Positions 1-8,899 of a DNA stretch of 35,492 nt are shown one piece after another. The number at the start of each line of letters is the position of its first letter. The first letter of the stretch is position 1. The stretch is from Bacteroidales bacterium. GTDB lineage: Bacteria > Bacteroidota > Bacteroidia > Bacteroidales > VadinHA17. The translations under genes were made by a program, and so were the position numbers. The stretch is taken from NCBI GenBank assembly GCA_017882245.1, contig JADGPV010000035.1, positions 1 through 35,492 of the forward strand, written 5' to 3'. The notes below the pieces were generated by a model. The model was not told where the DNA came from. It ran no database searches and was given only the letters and a program-made list of their open reading frames with translations.

Positions 1-117
1 CTCTCCCCGTTTTGGATCATCCGCAAACAGTTTACGCAGGTGTTGTCTCCCGATGCTTTTTTTATGATCAAGCAGAGCCATCCAGGCTCCGGTTTTGGTT
101 AGTGGCAGATTTTCCAT
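1..117 (-). CDS. pgi: glucose-6-phosphate isomerase, N-terminal fragment (CDS runs off the left edge)
   Basis: Not in the ORF track because there is no stop in the window. ATG at 117-115 is followed by 39 stop-free codons to position 1: MENLPLTKTGAWMALLDHKKSIGRQHLRKLFADDPKRGE. The pattern LT.T.AW.AL..H....LF..DP.R matches my recollection of the N-terminus of long-form PGI (E. coli Pgi ..PTQTAAWQALQKHF..ADLFAKDSDRF). Confidence 0.6.
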   Translation of the reverse strand, partial: MENLPLTKTGAWMALLDHKKSIGRQHLRKLFADDPKRGE

Positions 118-150
118 AAGATAATTGTCCTGACTTTCGACTTTCGATTT

Positions 151-1623
151 TTAACTTTTAACTTCAAATACATGATACCCCCATGCCTGCAGATTTAAAA
201 AGAGGCCTCTGGATAAAACTTCATTGCCGTCGCGATCATAAAGCGCAGGGCTCATCAGATCAGCGAACCGGACTGATTTATCGGCCATGTCAGCAAACGG
301 AAGACGAACGAAACACTGACTGTCATGAGGTGAATAGTTAATAATAACCAGTGCACGCCCGGGATCCGTTCCTTCCCAGGCAAATGCCAGGAAAGAATCC
401 CATGTGCCATTCCACTCCCATGCCGGCATACATTCGAGCAGGCGCCACCGGCCAAGCCGGAAGAGAGGTTTTTTAATTACCGAGAGTAAACTATCGTAAA
501 ACTTTTGAATGGCTTCGTTTGGTGATTCCTGAGGGGCACGTATAAGATGGGGTGATGTGCGTTTCATTCTTCCTTTAAATTGCCCCTGATGAAAAAATCT
601 TAAACCGGTTGATAAGAATGTTATCACGGCTGCCGCTTCATGGTTTTTCTGATTGAATGTTGCTGCTGCTCGCGGCTCGTCATGATTCTCAAGGAACCGG
701 GCCAGCTTGTCCTGGTAATCAGGAGATGCATAAAAATGTTCACGCACTGCCTTTGCATGGCCCTCACGCAGGAGGTCATAAAGCCGTTTATCATAGGCAA
801 AGTCAAAACCCTGCTGCTGCATGGCCCATTCCATATCCCAGTAAACTTCAGCCATGAAACAGAAACCTGGAACTTTGTCACGAACGGCCTTTATTGCCAA
901 TGGCCAGAAGGGTTGTGCTCTGCGGCCCCAAGTCCTTTCAAAAACTTCGGGCAGAATAAGCATAGCCATATCACACCTGACCCCGTCGCACTGGTCGGAG
1001 ATACGAAGGAGCTCCCTGAACATAGCATCTACGGTTGCAGGATTACTGTAATCAAGCTGCAGTGTGTCAGACCATCCGGCAAAGAAGGGATCGCGCCCAT
1101 AGGCCAGTATCATATCGCCGTTCCTGCGTTTGATCCGGGTGTAATTCAGGGGATATTTTAGAAGGTCACTCTCTGTTCCGGACACAAAATATTCAGGATG
1201 GTCCTCAACCCAGGGGTGGTCCGGTCCCATATGATTGGGTACAAAATCAAGCATGAGTTTCATGCCACGGACACTGAGCTTTTCGCGCAGGCGTCTCAGG
1301 GCATCATCGCCGCCAAGGTCAGGACTCACAGTGTAACCGGTGATGGCAAATCCTGAACCGGCAATATCATGCTCCTGCAGATCAGGCAAGGTTTCTTCGA
1401 AATCGTGTCTGAACTCCGGGTTTTCACGCGAGACTTTACGGCCAAGTTCACCTGTGCACCATACACTCAGAAACCAGATCCAGTCAAAACCCATTTCTGC
1501 AAGGCGATCCAGCTCTGTATCAGGGATATCATCGAGTGTGGCCCGCCGATCCAGGTTCAGGGACAGCTCTGTGAGCCATACTCTCGTATTGATCTGATAA
1601 AGTGACGGATATTTTGGGCGCAT
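151..1623 (-). CDS. alpha-amylase family (GH13) glycoside hydrolase, no signal peptide
   Basis: 490-aa ORF with the four GH13 conserved regions visible: DFVPNHMG (I), GVRCDMAM (II, nucleophile Asp), MAEVYW (III, acid/base Glu), FLENHDEPR (IV). Confidence 0.85.
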   Translation of the reverse strand: MRPKYPSLYQINTRVWLTELSLNLDRRATLDDIPDTELDRLAEMGFDWIWFLSVWCTGELGRKVSRENPEFRHDFEETLPDLQEHDIAGSGFAITGYTVSPDLGGDDALRRLREKLSVRGMKLMLDFVPNHMGPDHPWVEDHPEYFVSGTESDLLKYPLNYTRIKRRNGDMILAYGRDPFFAGWSDTLQLDYSNPATVDAMFRELLRISDQCDGVRCDMAMLILPEVFERTWGRRAQPFWPLAIKAVRDKVPGFCFMAEVYWDMEWAMQQQGFDFAYDKRLYDLLREGHAKAVREHFYASPDYQDKLARFLENHDEPRAAATFNQKNHEAAAVITFLSTGLRFFHQGQFKGRMKRTSPHLIRAPQESPNEAIQKFYDSLLSVIKKPLFRLGRWRLLECMPAWEWNGTWDSFLAFAWEGTDPGRALVIINYSPHDSQCFVRLPFADMADKSVRFADLMSPALYDRDGNEVLSRGLFLNLQAWGYHVFEVKS

Positions 1624-1634
1624 AAGGTCACCAT

Positions 1635-2627
1635 CTATTTTTCATCTATGAGAATCTTTCTGGTCGCCTTCAGATCCGCGATCTCCTCATTGCTCACCTT
1701 TGGATATTCCAGTCCCATATCAATCATTGCTTTGATAATGGCCGAGACGATTACCATGCGGGCATACGACTTATTGTCAGCAGGCACTGCATACCATGGT
1801 GATTCTTTGGTTGAAGTATTCCGGATCATTTCTTCATAAGCTTTCATGTAATCATCCCAATAGTTTCTCTCATTGACATCAGCCGTGCTGAATTTCCAGT
1901 TTTTTTTCGGATTATCAATGCGCTCAATGAAACGCTTTTTCTGCTCTTTGTTTGAGACATTAAGAAAAAACTTAAGGATTTTGGTACCGTTACGATACAG
2001 GTATTTCTCATAATTCCGGATGTCTTTGAAGCGGTTTTCCCAGATATCCTCAGTCACGAATTTTTCAGGCAGTTTTTGTGCCTGCAGAAGCGGCTCATGA
2101 ACACGCACTACCAGAACATCCTCATAATATGAGCGGTTAAAAATACCTATCCGCCCCCGTTCAGGCATATTCTTCTGACAGCGCCAGAGGTAATCATGGT
2201 CGAGCTCTTCCGCGCTGGGGACCTTGAAGGCTGTCACCTGGCAGCCCTGGGGATTCACCCCGGACATGACATGTTTTATTGCCCCGTCTTTTCCTGCAGC
2301 ATCCAAAGCCTGGAATATCAGAAGCAACGACCACTTGTCCTGAGCATACATTTTATCCTGCAATTCTGCGAGCTCCTCCACACCAAGTTGCAGCGTCTGT
2401 TTTATCAGCGGCTTTTCTTCAGGGCCCATGTCAACATCCGGAATTGTACTGTACTTTTTGAGTTGAAATTTATCGCCGTCAGTGACGCGGTATTGTTTTG
2501 AGAATTTCCTTGCACGTTCATTCAGCTCTTTTTTGCTTAAGGTGCTTAGATCTTCAGGCTTTGCATTATTTTCTAATGGAACCCTGCCTGAGTTTTTCTT
2601 TTTTACCGGTTTTTTCTTTGGAGCCAT
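1635..2627 (-). CDS. ppk2: polyphosphate kinase 2 family (polyphosphate:nucleotide phosphotransferase)
   Basis: 330-aa ORF with the P-loop-like LLLIFQALDAAGKDGAIKHV and RSYYEDVLVVRVH segments typical of single-domain PPK2. It has a Lys-rich N-terminal extension (MAPKKKPVKKKN..). It lies 11 nt upstream of the GH13 gene on the same strand. Confidence 0.85.
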   Translation of the reverse strand: MAPKKKPVKKKNSGRVPLENNAKPEDLSTLSKKELNERARKFSKQYRVTDGDKFQLKKYSTIPDVDMGPEEKPLIKQTLQLGVEELAELQDKMYAQDKWSLLLIFQALDAAGKDGAIKHVMSGVNPQGCQVTAFKVPSAEELDHDYLWRCQKNMPERGRIGIFNRSYYEDVLVVRVHEPLLQAQKLPEKFVTEDIWENRFKDIRNYEKYLYRNGTKILKFFLNVSNKEQKKRFIERIDNPKKNWKFSTADVNERNYWDDYMKAYEEMIRNTSTKESPWYAVPADNKSYARMVIVSAIIKAMIDMGLEYPKVSNEEIADLKATRKILIDEK

Positions 2628-2735
2628 AATATTTAGATTGATAAGATATAAATATATAAAATTTACCGTTAGCGGGCAAGTAAAACCCCCTCGTTACCGC
2701 CAGGGCGTGGTTATGAATACTTATTTACCTTCAGC

Positions 2736-5700
2736 TTATCTGTCCATCTGGAAGGGTTGATGTACAGGCCATTGACGGGGTTTCTCATTTATTTTTTTCA
2801 TGACCACCTCAACTGCTTTCATCAGCTGTGTGTCATAGCCTTCTGAATATTTCTTTGAATCGACGTCAATTATGATATCAGGTGTAACACCCTCATTCTC
2901 AACTACCCACTCACCTTTCTCATTATATATTCTGTAATCAGGTACTGTCACTTCTCCTCCGTCAATGAGTTGAACAAACATAGAAATACCAACAAGGCCG
3001 CCCCATGTTCTTGTACCTATGACAGGTCCCATGTTGTTCCAGCGGAACTCATATGGCAGCTCATCTCCTCCGGAGCCTGCATACCTGTTTGTAAGCAGGG
3101 CCATCTGAGCATTAACAGCAAGGAAAGGAATAGGCTGGTCAACCGATTGACGCCGTGTCCAATACCCATGAGGTACTTTGAGCAGCCTCTGCAGGAAGAT
3201 CTCGGGATCGAGTCCGCCACCGTTAAAGCGTCCGTCAATAATTAATCCTTCTTTCTTTGTTTGTGAATAAAAGTATTTCGGAAAATCTATTGCAGAACCG
3301 TTATAAGTATCAGGCAGGTAGATGTAACCTATCTTTCCTCCGGAGGCTTTGTCGACAGCAATACGGTTTGATTCAATCCAGTCCATATAGCGTATATTGC
3401 TTTCGCCGCCTGCAGGTTCAACAACCACCTCACGGGCTCCTGCAAGGACGGGTTTTGAGTTGACGGTAAGGGTAATCTGTTTGCCTGCCAGCCCTGTGAA
3501 GTAGCTGTATATTTCTTTGTCAGTCTTTACTTCAACATTATTTACCTTCAGCAGGTAGTCTCCTTCTGTTATATTAACTCCCGGTTTTGCCAGTGGCGGC
3601 CAGGTTTCCCGTGACCAGTCCTTTTCCCTGTAGATCTTTTTAAATCTGTAAAGGTTATTCTGAAGGTCAACGGAATAGTCGGCACCAAGCATGCCGGTTG
3701 TAACCGGATCAGCCTTCCGCCTGGCATCACCACCGTAGACATAGGTATGTGAGGTATTCAGTTCTCCGATCATTTCACCGATAATGAAAGTCAGATCCTG
3801 GCGGCATGATGCCTTATCAACGAGCTTCCCGTATTTCTGTTTTATGAAATTCCAGTCCTGACCATGCATTCCGGGTTCATAATAATAATCGCGTTCCATG
3901 CGCCATGCCTCGTTGAAGATCTGTTTCCATTCCCTTACAGGCTCATACCATATTTTAAGGAATGACAGATTTACTGGTTTTGCTTCTCCTCCGGCTGCCG
4001 GTATTATTGATACGTTTTTCTCTTTAAGGTATATAATGTTTTCGCCATCGGCTGAAAGCTTATAACCATCTATTTCTTCGATAAGTGAAGTTTCTTTCTT
4101 TGAGTCAATATTGTAAGAGTAGAGTGACATAGGGCCATGTGTATCAATTTCAAAGCGGTTGAAATTGCCTTCGCTGGCATTTAAATAGAACAACGCGGAC
4201 TTATTGACCGACAGGTCCCTGTAGTTTCCCTTTTCAAGAGGAAGGGCTTCTGTACGGTCTGCTATTCCCTGAAAATCAATGTTAACAAAAACCGGTGCAT
4301 CAGTTTTTGATGGCGTCTCAGAAGGGTTTTCCTCATCACTCTTGAACGGGAGAATCGATTTCCCGTCTTTTCTAAGGGAAATTGCATAGATGCCTGCAAC
4401 CTTCCGGTAGATCATTTCCCATTCAATATCGCAGTACGTAGGAATAAATCTGCGGTCAGATATGAAAATAATAAACTTGCCATCCTTTGTGAAAACCGGA
4501 TTGAAATCATAAAACAATCCGTTGCTGATGCAGTTGATGGCTTTTGTCTCAAGGCCATAGACATATATCTGATACATAAAATCCTTATTCATTTTTGAGT
4601 ATGCCAGATACCTGCTGTCAGGAGACCATGAAAAGTCAAAAATGGATTTTACATCAAGTGAGACATCGACATTTTCATATTCCTCCTTATCAACCCTTGT
4701 AATATTTTTAGTTGCCACATCAATAAAGTACAATGTCAGAGTCTGATCTGTGTATCCTATTTTTTTGCTGTCCGGAGACCATTTAAGGGTATGTCTGTAG
4801 CCGTCTTTACTGGAAGTAAGCTTTATTGCCTCTTCCTTGCCATCAGGATTTACTATATAGATCTCATATTCTCCGGTTTTATCAGAAAGGTAGGCAATCC
4901 ATTTGCCGTCAGGAGACCATACTGCATCCTTATCCCTTGCTCCGCAATTGTCTGAAATATTTCTTGTAGGACCTTCTTTTTCAGGAACGGTGAAAACCTC
5001 TCCGCGGGCAACGATCAAAGCTCTTTTACCGGTTGGGGATATATCTATGCTGTTTATTTCCTTGCTGATATCTTTCATATACGGCCGGGTCTCTTCCATA
5101 TCGGTCAATATCTGGATCGGGACTTTTTTCGATTGCTTTGAGATCAGATCAAGCGTCCAGATATCTCCGCCAAGTTCATAAACGATTTTATTGCTTCCCT
5201 CGTCAGGATGCTGGACATCGTATTCTGTATGTTTAGTTATCTGCTCAATTTTTTGTGTTCCGGTTTCATAGGCATATATATTGAGCACCCTGTCCCTGTC
5301 AGAGCTGAAATAGATCTTGTCACCGACCCACATCGGCGTTCTGTCTGAGCCTTTATAATTGCTTATATTGGTTTCCTCATTTGTTTTAAAATCATAGATA
5401 AATACTTCCTGAGCCCTGCCTCCCGTATAGCGCTTCCAGGTGGCATTGTCCTGTGAATCCTTATTGTATGCTATTTTTGAGCCATCAGGAGAAAAACTGC
5501 CACGAGCCGCATCGTACATTATCATCTCTTCCAGGCCTGTACCGTCGGGTGATACAAGAAACATCTTTACATATCGTGAGGGACTGTTTCTTCCTGATGT
5601 GAACATGATTTTGTTTTTGGTTTGATTCCATCCGATAACTTCATCCATGCCAGGGTGGAATGTCAGCCTGGTGATATTTCCGCCGTTGATGTTCATGACG

Positions 5701-5999
5701 TAAACATCTGAGTTTCCGTCATATTCACCTATGAAGGCAATCAGGCTGCCATCGGGAGAGATCTCAGGATAGTTTTCGCGGCCGTCACTGAATGTCAGTC
5801 GGACAGCAGGTCCTCCTTCGGCGGGAGCTTTCCAGATATCGCCGCCACAGGCAAAGACGATGATATTTCCATAAATGTCCGGGTTCTGCATCATGGGGTT
5901 CTCTGCGGAAACCAAAGCACCGTTAAACATTAAGATCATCAGGGCTGACGCCATGGGAATGATTTTAAATTTTCTCGGAAGAATTTTAATGTCTTTCAT
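2736..5999 (-). CDS. tricorn protease homolog (S41 family) with beta-propeller, PDZ-like and C-terminal peptidase regions
   Basis: 1087-aa ORF with a hydrophobic N-terminal signal/anchor. TolB-like blade motifs recur (ISPDGSLIAF, FSPDGSKIAY, WSPDGKWIAY, WSPDSKKIGY, WSPDSRYLAY). The C-terminal ~300 aa resemble a tail-specific (S41) peptidase. An alternative start at Met16 (5954) is possible. Confidence 0.85.
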   Translation of the reverse strand: MKDIKILPRKFKIIPMASALMILMFNGALVSAENPMMQNPDIYGNIIVFACGGDIWKAPAEGGPAVRLTFSDGRENYPEISPDGSLIAFIGEYDGNSDVYVMNINGGNITRLTFHPGMDEVIGWNQTKNKIMFTSGRNSPSRYVKMFLVSPDGTGLEEMIMYDAARGSFSPDGSKIAYNKDSQDNATWKRYTGGRAQEVFIYDFKTNEETNISNYKGSDRTPMWVGDKIYFSSDRDRVLNIYAYETGTQKIEQITKHTEYDVQHPDEGSNKIVYELGGDIWTLDLISKQSKKVPIQILTDMEETRPYMKDISKEINSIDISPTGKRALIVARGEVFTVPEKEGPTRNISDNCGARDKDAVWSPDGKWIAYLSDKTGEYEIYIVNPDGKEEAIKLTSSKDGYRHTLKWSPDSKKIGYTDQTLTLYFIDVATKNITRVDKEEYENVDVSLDVKSIFDFSWSPDSRYLAYSKMNKDFMYQIYVYGLETKAINCISNGLFYDFNPVFTKDGKFIIFISDRRFIPTYCDIEWEMIYRKVAGIYAISLRKDGKSILPFKSDEENPSETPSKTDAPVFVNIDFQGIADRTEALPLEKGNYRDLSVNKSALFYLNASEGNFNRFEIDTHGPMSLYSYNIDSKKETSLIEEIDGYKLSADGENIIYLKEKNVSIIPAAGGEAKPVNLSFLKIWYEPVREWKQIFNEAWRMERDYYYEPGMHGQDWNFIKQKYGKLVDKASCRQDLTFIIGEMIGELNTSHTYVYGGDARRKADPVTTGMLGADYSVDLQNNLYRFKKIYREKDWSRETWPPLAKPGVNITEGDYLLKVNNVEVKTDKEIYSYFTGLAGKQITLTVNSKPVLAGAREVVVEPAGGESNIRYMDWIESNRIAVDKASGGKIGYIYLPDTYNGSAIDFPKYFYSQTKKEGLIIDGRFNGGGLDPEIFLQRLLKVPHGYWTRRQSVDQPIPFLAVNAQMALLTNRYAGSGGDELPYEFRWNNMGPVIGTRTWGGLVGISMFVQLIDGGEVTVPDYRIYNEKGEWVVENEGVTPDIIIDVDSKKYSEGYDTQLMKAVEVVMKKINEKPRQWPVHQPFQMDR

Positions 6000-6061
6000 A
6001 AAGTTGTGAAATTTGGTAAATGGGATATTGTATAAAATAAAACGGGAATCGAATTCATAAT

Positions 6062-6069
6062 CAAAGGTA
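6062..6069 (-). promoter_or_regulatory. candidate Bacteroidota -7 box TACCTTTG upstream of the tricorn-like gene
   Basis: The minus-strand 8-mer TACCTTTG matches the TAnnTTTG consensus. It is 63 nt upstream of the ATG at 5999, the longest distance of the motif hits. Confidence 0.25.
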
Positions 6070-6119
6070 AATTACGGCCGGGTGAATTTCAAGCTAATTT
6101 TATATAACCAGACAAATAA

Positions 6120-6392
6120 TCAATCTGTCACCACATTCCATTGTCTGACTGACCACTCGGTGATTAATCCGTTTTTGACATAAGGGTCACGGCTGACAAA
6201 TTCATATGCCACATCAGGGTTTTCGTCTTTAAATATCAGCACGGCCCCGTCAGATGGATCAGCCAGAGCACCGGCCATGACCAGCCGGCCGTCGCTATGA
6301 TATTCATTCACGAGATCAAGGTGATTAGTGCGGAACGGCGCCCGGCGTTCAATATAATTATCAACTGTTTTGTAAAAAAGGATGTAATACAT
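6120..6392 (-). CDS. YciI-like family protein
   Basis: 90-aa ORF. Its size and the pattern ..R.P.R..H......H..G.LV.AGAL.D...GAV.IF..E....A..F...DPYV..GL.. fit the YciI/DGPF fold family. Confidence 0.7.
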   Translation of the reverse strand: MYYILFYKTVDNYIERRAPFRTNHLDLVNEYHSDGRLVMAGALADPSDGAVLIFKDENPDVAYEFVSRDPYVKNGLITEWSVRQWNVVTD

Positions 6393-6403
6393 GACCGTTT
6401 CAA

Positions 6404-7102
6404 TTATTGATTTTTCTCTTCAGAGGCTTTCTGCTCTTCGGCCAACCGGGCTATATCTTTTCCGTAGATAATATTTTTCGGATAATCCGTCCTGGTAAGT
6501 CTGATCATAGAAAGACCAAGCTCTTCCATCGTGCTGAAGTAGTCAGGACTAAGTTTTTTCCCCAGAGGGAAGAGCCAGTTGACGACTTTATAGAACGAAT
6601 GTGCCCGTTTCTGTCCCGGATAAGGCTTGATGAATCCCGGCCGATAACCATATGACCGCCTGAACGGCAGCTTACGCAGCTCATTTTCTACCTTTCCTTT
6701 TATCCTGGCCCATTCGATCCTTCCTTTCTCCGTACCGTCAGTGCCGGCTCCGGCGACGTATATAAAGACCATATCCTTATTCAGCCTGCTTACTGTCTCA
6801 CCGAAGTGCATTGTGAGCTCATAAGTTACCTTGAAGTATTTGTCCATTTTCATCCCCACTGAAGAGACACCGAGGCAAAAGAAACATGCATCGTAACCTG
6901 ACAGCTGGGCCTGAATCGGGGAGAGATCATAAAAGTTCTCATGAATTATCTCTGTGAGCTTTGGATGAGTTATTCCCAATGGTCTCCTGTTGATCACAAG
7001 TATTTTTTCAATATCCGGATCATGGAGACAAACAAGTAACACTCCTTCTCCTACCATCCCGGTGGAGCCGGTGATAATGACTTTTAATCCTTTAGGTTCC
7101 AT
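6404..7102 (-). CDS. NAD(P)-binding Rossmann-fold protein (atypical SDR / NmrA-like)
   Basis: 232-aa ORF with an N-terminal KVIITGSTGMVGEG (GxxGxxG) motif. It lies 11 nt upstream of the YciI-like gene. Confidence 0.65.
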   Translation of the reverse strand: MEPKGLKVIITGSTGMVGEGVLLVCLHDPDIEKILVINRRPLGITHPKLTEIIHENFYDLSPIQAQLSGYDACFFCLGVSSVGMKMDKYFKVTYELTMHFGETVSRLNKDMVFIYVAGAGTDGTEKGRIEWARIKGKVENELRKLPFRRSYGYRPGFIKPYPGQKRAHSFYKVVNWLFPLGKKLSPDYFSTMEELGLSMIRLTRTDYPKNIIYGKDIARLAEEQKASEEKNQ

Positions 7103-7197
7103 AAATATTCAATATTTATCCAAGGAACAAATTAACAATAAAATGAATACTTTTAGAGTATAATACCCAAGTATTAAGATTGATATTCAGGGATCAC

Positions 7198-8733
7198 ATG
7201 AAAAAAGCATACAAGGCAGATTATCCGAAAATTTTTATTACCATTCTGCGAATGGCCATCGGATGGCATTTCCTTTATGAAGGTGTTTCCAAAATACTGA
7301 TAAAGGACTGGACCTCATTTTCATATCTGGCAAACACGACAGGACCTTTATCCGGCTTTTATCACTGGCTGGCATCATCTGATGCTCTTCTGCAGGTTGT
7401 TGACGTATTAAATGTCTACGGACTGCTGCTTATAGGGTTGGCTCTTGTCACGGGACTGCTTTCGCGTATCGCTTCAATTGCCGGGGTGATGCTTCTGACA
7501 TTATACTATTTTGCCTATCCGCCTTTTGGAGATTCTCTGCTTGGGTCCGATGAAGCGCATCTTTTTATAATTGACAGGAACTTCATTGAGGCTGCAGCCC
7601 TCCTGGTATTGATATTCCTTAACGAGACGGGGTATGGAATTGGCATCCTCATAAAAAACATTCGTTCCGAAAGAGCTGAAAAGGGAGGCCTTACAGGGAG
7701 TAAGGTGGAACACTCTGATACAAGGCGTGATGCAATAAGGAACCTGGTTTCGGTACCCTTCCTCGGATTAATGGGATGGGGGGCTGTAAGCACCAATAAA
7801 AAATACGGTATCGATGCGCTCTCGGGAGCGACGATCCAGATTGACCGTGCAGCACTTGGCGAACTGAAAGGCAAGCTGCCGATGGGGAAATTAGGAGACC
7901 ATGAGATCAGCAGGCTGATAATGGGAGGTAACCTGATAGGAGGATGGGCACATGCACGTGACCTTATCTATGTGAGTTCACTTTTCAAGGCTTACAACAC
8001 TGAGAAGAAGATCTACGAGACTCTGATACTTGGTGAGAATGCCGGGATTAACACCATCAATATAGGTTTCCCGACCAACGCACTGATGGCCAAATACAAG
8101 AGGAACACCGGAAGCAGGATCAAGGTGATTTCTCATGTTGCGCCGAATATGGAAAAAGGCGATTATTTCGAGCAGATCAACAAAGCGGTTGACTTTGGCG
8201 CTGATATTCTGCAGGTGCAGGGAAACTGGTGCGACTGGCTTGTCCGGGACAAAAAACCGGAGGTCATTCAGGCGATGATTGAGAAGATCAGGTCGCAGGG
8301 GATTACAGCAGGTCTGGCTGGCCATACTATCGATTCACTTATTTTCTGCGAAGAGCAGGGCATCGTTCCCGATTATTATATGCTTACAATGCATCATGAC
8401 AATTACTGGTCAGCTCATCCGCGTGAGAACCGGGTGCCTTTTGAGGTTGACGGCGAGAAATACCTTGATCACAACAGGTTTCATGATAATATTTTCTGCC
8501 TTTACCCTGACCGCACCGTCGAGTTTGTAAACAGGTCAAAGATTCCTGTCGTGGGTTTCAAAGTGCTTGCAGCAGGTGCATTAACTCCTGAGGATGGATT
8601 TAAATGGGCTATTGAGAACGGTGCTGATTTTGTTTGCGCGGGTATGTTTGACTTCCAGATCATTAAGGATATAAACATCTTCCTGGATATCCTTGCTAAC
8701 CCGGGGAACAGAAAAAGAGAATTTTACGGATAG
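7198..8733 (+). CDS. DoxX-family membrane domain fused to an unrecognised ~300-aa soluble (beta/alpha, possibly TIM-barrel or aldo-keto-reductase-like) domain
   Basis: The track ORF starts at TTG 7180; I prefer the ATG at 7198 (MKKAYK..). The N-terminal ~160 aa have the DoxX-like signature (ILRMAIGWHFLYEGVSKIL) and about 4 TM helices. Next comes TRRDAIRNLVSVPFLGLMGWGAV, a twin-arginine-like motif plus hydrophobic helix, nt ~7720-7800. The soluble domain begins ..LGDHEISRLIMGGNLIGGWAHARD. Confidence 0.6.
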   Translation: MKKAYKADYPKIFITILRMAIGWHFLYEGVSKILIKDWTSFSYLANTTGPLSGFYHWLASSDALLQVVDVLNVYGLLLIGLALVTGLLSRIASIAGVMLLTLYYFAYPPFGDSLLGSDEAHLFIIDRNFIEAAALLVLIFLNETGYGIGILIKNIRSERAEKGGLTGSKVEHSDTRRDAIRNLVSVPFLGLMGWGAVSTNKKYGIDALSGATIQIDRAALGELKGKLPMGKLGDHEISRLIMGGNLIGGWAHARDLIYVSSLFKAYNTEKKIYETLILGENAGINTINIGFPTNALMAKYKRNTGSRIKVISHVAPNMEKGDYFEQINKAVDFGADILQVQGNWCDWLVRDKKPEVIQAMIEKIRSQGITAGLAGHTIDSLIFCEEQGIVPDYYMLTMHHDNYWSAHPRENRVPFEVDGEKYLDHNRFHDNIFCLYPDRTVEFVNRSKIPVVGFKVLAAGALTPEDGFKWAIENGADFVCAGMFDFQIIKDINIFLDILANPGNRKREFYG

Positions 8734-8800
8734 ATGGTGTATCAAATGTCCACCCCCTAGCCCTGATTCTTCGGTCGGAACCTCTGCTGCAGGCTGGCGC

Positions 8801-8839
8801 CTCCCTATCCCGACATACTATGTCGGGACTATACGGTCG
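8801..8839 (+). repeat. intergenic palindromic repeat, copy A (core CTCCCTATCCCGACATACTATGTCGGGACTATACGGTCG)
   Basis: It contains a 10+1+10 perfect palindrome, TCCCGACATA-C-TATGTCGGGA, at 8808-8828. 36 of 39 nt are identical to the reverse complement of 27373-27411. It lies in the 166-nt gap between the convergent DoxX-fusion and PmbA genes. Confidence 0.8.
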
Positions 8840-8899
8840 GCCCTCCCTTTAAAAGGGGGAGAGCTATCTTGCATAAAATCAATAATTTAACAGCGGCTC

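Noticed and set aside
133-148. Tandem GACTTTC GACTTTC GA between the GH13 stop and the pgi start.
   Set aside because: There are only two short units and no further copies were seen. It is most likely incidental.
640-1161. Other long antisense ORFs: 640..1161(+), 11993..12379(-), 19593..20042(-), 26425..26889(+), 32526..32912(+), 34411..34899(-), 14714..15052(-).
   Set aside because: Each lies entirely inside a confidently assigned CDS on the other strand or in another frame, and none has family motifs. The 32526 and 34411 ORFs coincide with locally GC-rich DNA, where stop codons are rare.
2640-2735. Possible terminator or repeat downstream of the tricorn-like gene (..ACCGTTAGCGGGCAAGTAAAACCCCCTCGTTACCGCC..).
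   Set aside because: The apparent arms (CGTTAGCGG / CGTTACCGC) are direct and not inverted, so no stable hairpin forms, and there is no U-run.
7101-7119. 19-bp perfect palindrome ATAAATATT-C-AATATTTAT overlapping the start codon of the NAD(P)-binding gene, and the 12-bp palindrome AATTTATAAATT at 33600-33611 in the GT4/flippase divergent region.
   Set aside because: Both consist only of A/T in AT-rich promoter DNA. Such palindromes arise easily by chance and would form very weak structures. They are noted but not called as sites.
8693-8890. 65-aa plus-strand ORF covering the gap between the DoxX-fusion and PmbA genes. Its counterpart is the 66-aa minus-strand ORF at 27251..27451.
   Set aside because: Both are translations of the palindromic repeat element. 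The shared 39-nt core is read in different frames in the two ORFs, so conservation is at nucleotide level. The first also overlaps the end of the DoxX-fusion CDS.
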